A stretch of 64,000 nucleotides of DNA from positions 8,246,001-8,310,000 of the forward strand of contig CM022665.1 in NCBI GenBank assembly GCA_012295275.1, in the 5' to 3' direction. Below, piece by piece: positions 62,301 to 64,000 of this stretch. Under the pieces are notes generated by a model. It did not search any database. It was given only the letters and a program-made list of their open reading frames with translations, and was not told the DNA's origin. This stretch comes from Chrysomallon squamiferum. Its lineage: Eukaryota; Animalia; Mollusca. A program made the position numbers and the translations under genes. Numbering within the stretch: the stretch's first letter is position 1; the number at the start of each line of letters is the position of its first letter.

Positions 62301-63864
62301 AAAATGAACCATACACAAGTTTAATTATTAACAAATAAAAATAGATTCAGATTTCATAACAGTTGTAGGAAGTAAATAAAACTTGACAGTACAGAGCATA
62401 CTGATGCTACTTGGTGTTCTTTGGTAATGCTATTTACATATGCTTGTATGAGTGAACTTAATGTTTACTAAATAACAGCTGTGTTGGAAAAAACTACTTA
62501 TTTAAACCTGCATAGACAAGTCTGCTTATTTATCAGTTTTATACACAAAGGTGTACATATTAAAGATCAAATGTCTGCAAACAAATTTTTCCTCATATCA
62601 GTGAGGAAATTTTCATACATTTTTTGGTGATAGAGTAGCTTCACTTTTACTTAAAGACGTTCATTAATTCTGTGTAATTATAATTCAAAAACAATCAGAT
62701 GTAAATATTTATTTATTTATTATTTTTTGTTAATACTATTTATATCATTACATATTTATACACTAAAACAATCGAATTTTATAACAAATATTTACTATGT
62801 ATTTTAACCTGCACTTTTCAAATTTTTTCATGCCATATGATATATTCAAAATGTATGGTTAGTATTTTACATAATGAAAACAAATGAATGGCATACTGTT
62901 TTAATTCTTCATTTGTTCAACAATGTAGAAATTAATACATAGCAATTTTCAGATGAATTTTTTAATTAAATGACAGTATAAATAAATGACAAAAGGACAA
63001 GTTCTGTTGTTTTATATTAATCATAAGAGCACTTTCATTTTCAACTATAATTGTGATGTCACTGTTATAACTGCACATTTATTTATTTTTGAGGGGGGGG
63101 GTCCATAGTGTTGAAATGTGCAATCAAATAAAAATGTGCAAGGCAATTTGTATAAATAAAAGTAACATGATGTACATAATTTGGATTAAAATATATTTAG
63201 AACTATGCTTAGTGGGTGTTATGATTATTGCTGTTTACTGAAAGAAAATGTATAATTGACAACAAACCAAAATATTTTATGTAAATGTTTAAAAAAAAAA
63301 TTTGTGTAAAATTTGTTTTATCTGAAAGTTTCATTACTATCAACGTTTTTTCATTATCACAAACTGTAAGAGATGGGGAGTTTATTCTGGTCATTTAAAA
63401 GGATAGTTTATTAAAAAGTTACAGTTAAACTTGAACAGTCAAATATTTTCTGGTAATTCCATTATAAACAATTACAAGCTTTTACTTGAACTCTAAAAAT
63501 GTGACGACATGAAAACTTTAAAAAAATAAAATTCCTATAATTAACAATAAAAATGTGTTAAAAGATCATATGAAATAAAATACTTGAGGCTGAAAAAGCT
63601 CTGGAGTAGGTATGCACTAAAATTATTTAGATATGGTGTGTAATACAGAGAAATCAGAAATACTATTTTAAGTAAAAAGTGTTCACCCTAGTTATTGTTT
63701 CTTTTTAATTAGTGATCGTATTTTCCTGTATCCACTTCCTCTTTCACTTTTCAAGTACATAAAATTATCAGTAACTTGTCAGTTGTGTAGAAAATCCTAT
63801 AAATTCTTGTTTCAAAAGTTTCACGTTTAATATAAATAAATAAAGATATAAAGTTGTTTATAAA

Positions 63865-63895
<31 letters not shown>

Positions 63896-64000
63896 GATAT
63901 TTCTAACTGCCAGGCAATCTGAGTTAGTTTAATGCTACTTCCAGGAAGACATAAATATTCATTTTTAAAACTACAGCTTATAATGAATGTAAATTACAAT

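Overview
AT-rich, microsatellite-dense, intron-containing animal DNA. An invertebrate, probably a mollusc or other lophotrochozoan, is my inference from style and gene content. Manual splicing supports six protein-coding genes, two of which are invisible in the ORF track. (1,2) Two tandem CD225/dispanin (IFITM/PRRT-like) paralogues with uninterrupted CDS, 4165-4683 and 9046-9576 (+). (3) A hidden 4-exon gene, 12835-14730 (+), for a ~161-aa type I membrane protein: signal peptide, one thrombospondin type-1 repeat, TM helix and NPxF tail. (4) A 2-exon F-box/leucine-rich-repeat gene, 16428-21395 (-), ~631 aa. (5) A hidden 5-6-exon NGF/BDNF-family neurotrophin precursor, 28564-42477 (+), ~248 aa, with a furin site split by an intron and an extra CPFC cysteine pair in the mature cystine knot. 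(6) The last 18 coding exons of ARID2/BAF200, 47795-59389 (-), whose 5' exons were not found in the window and probably lie beyond it. The rest is introns, UTRs, simple repeats, one degenerate minisatellite and a few possible non-autonomous DNA-transposon remnants. No rRNA, tRNA or CRISPR array was seen. All gene models were assembled by eye from splice signals and frame continuity; no database search was run.
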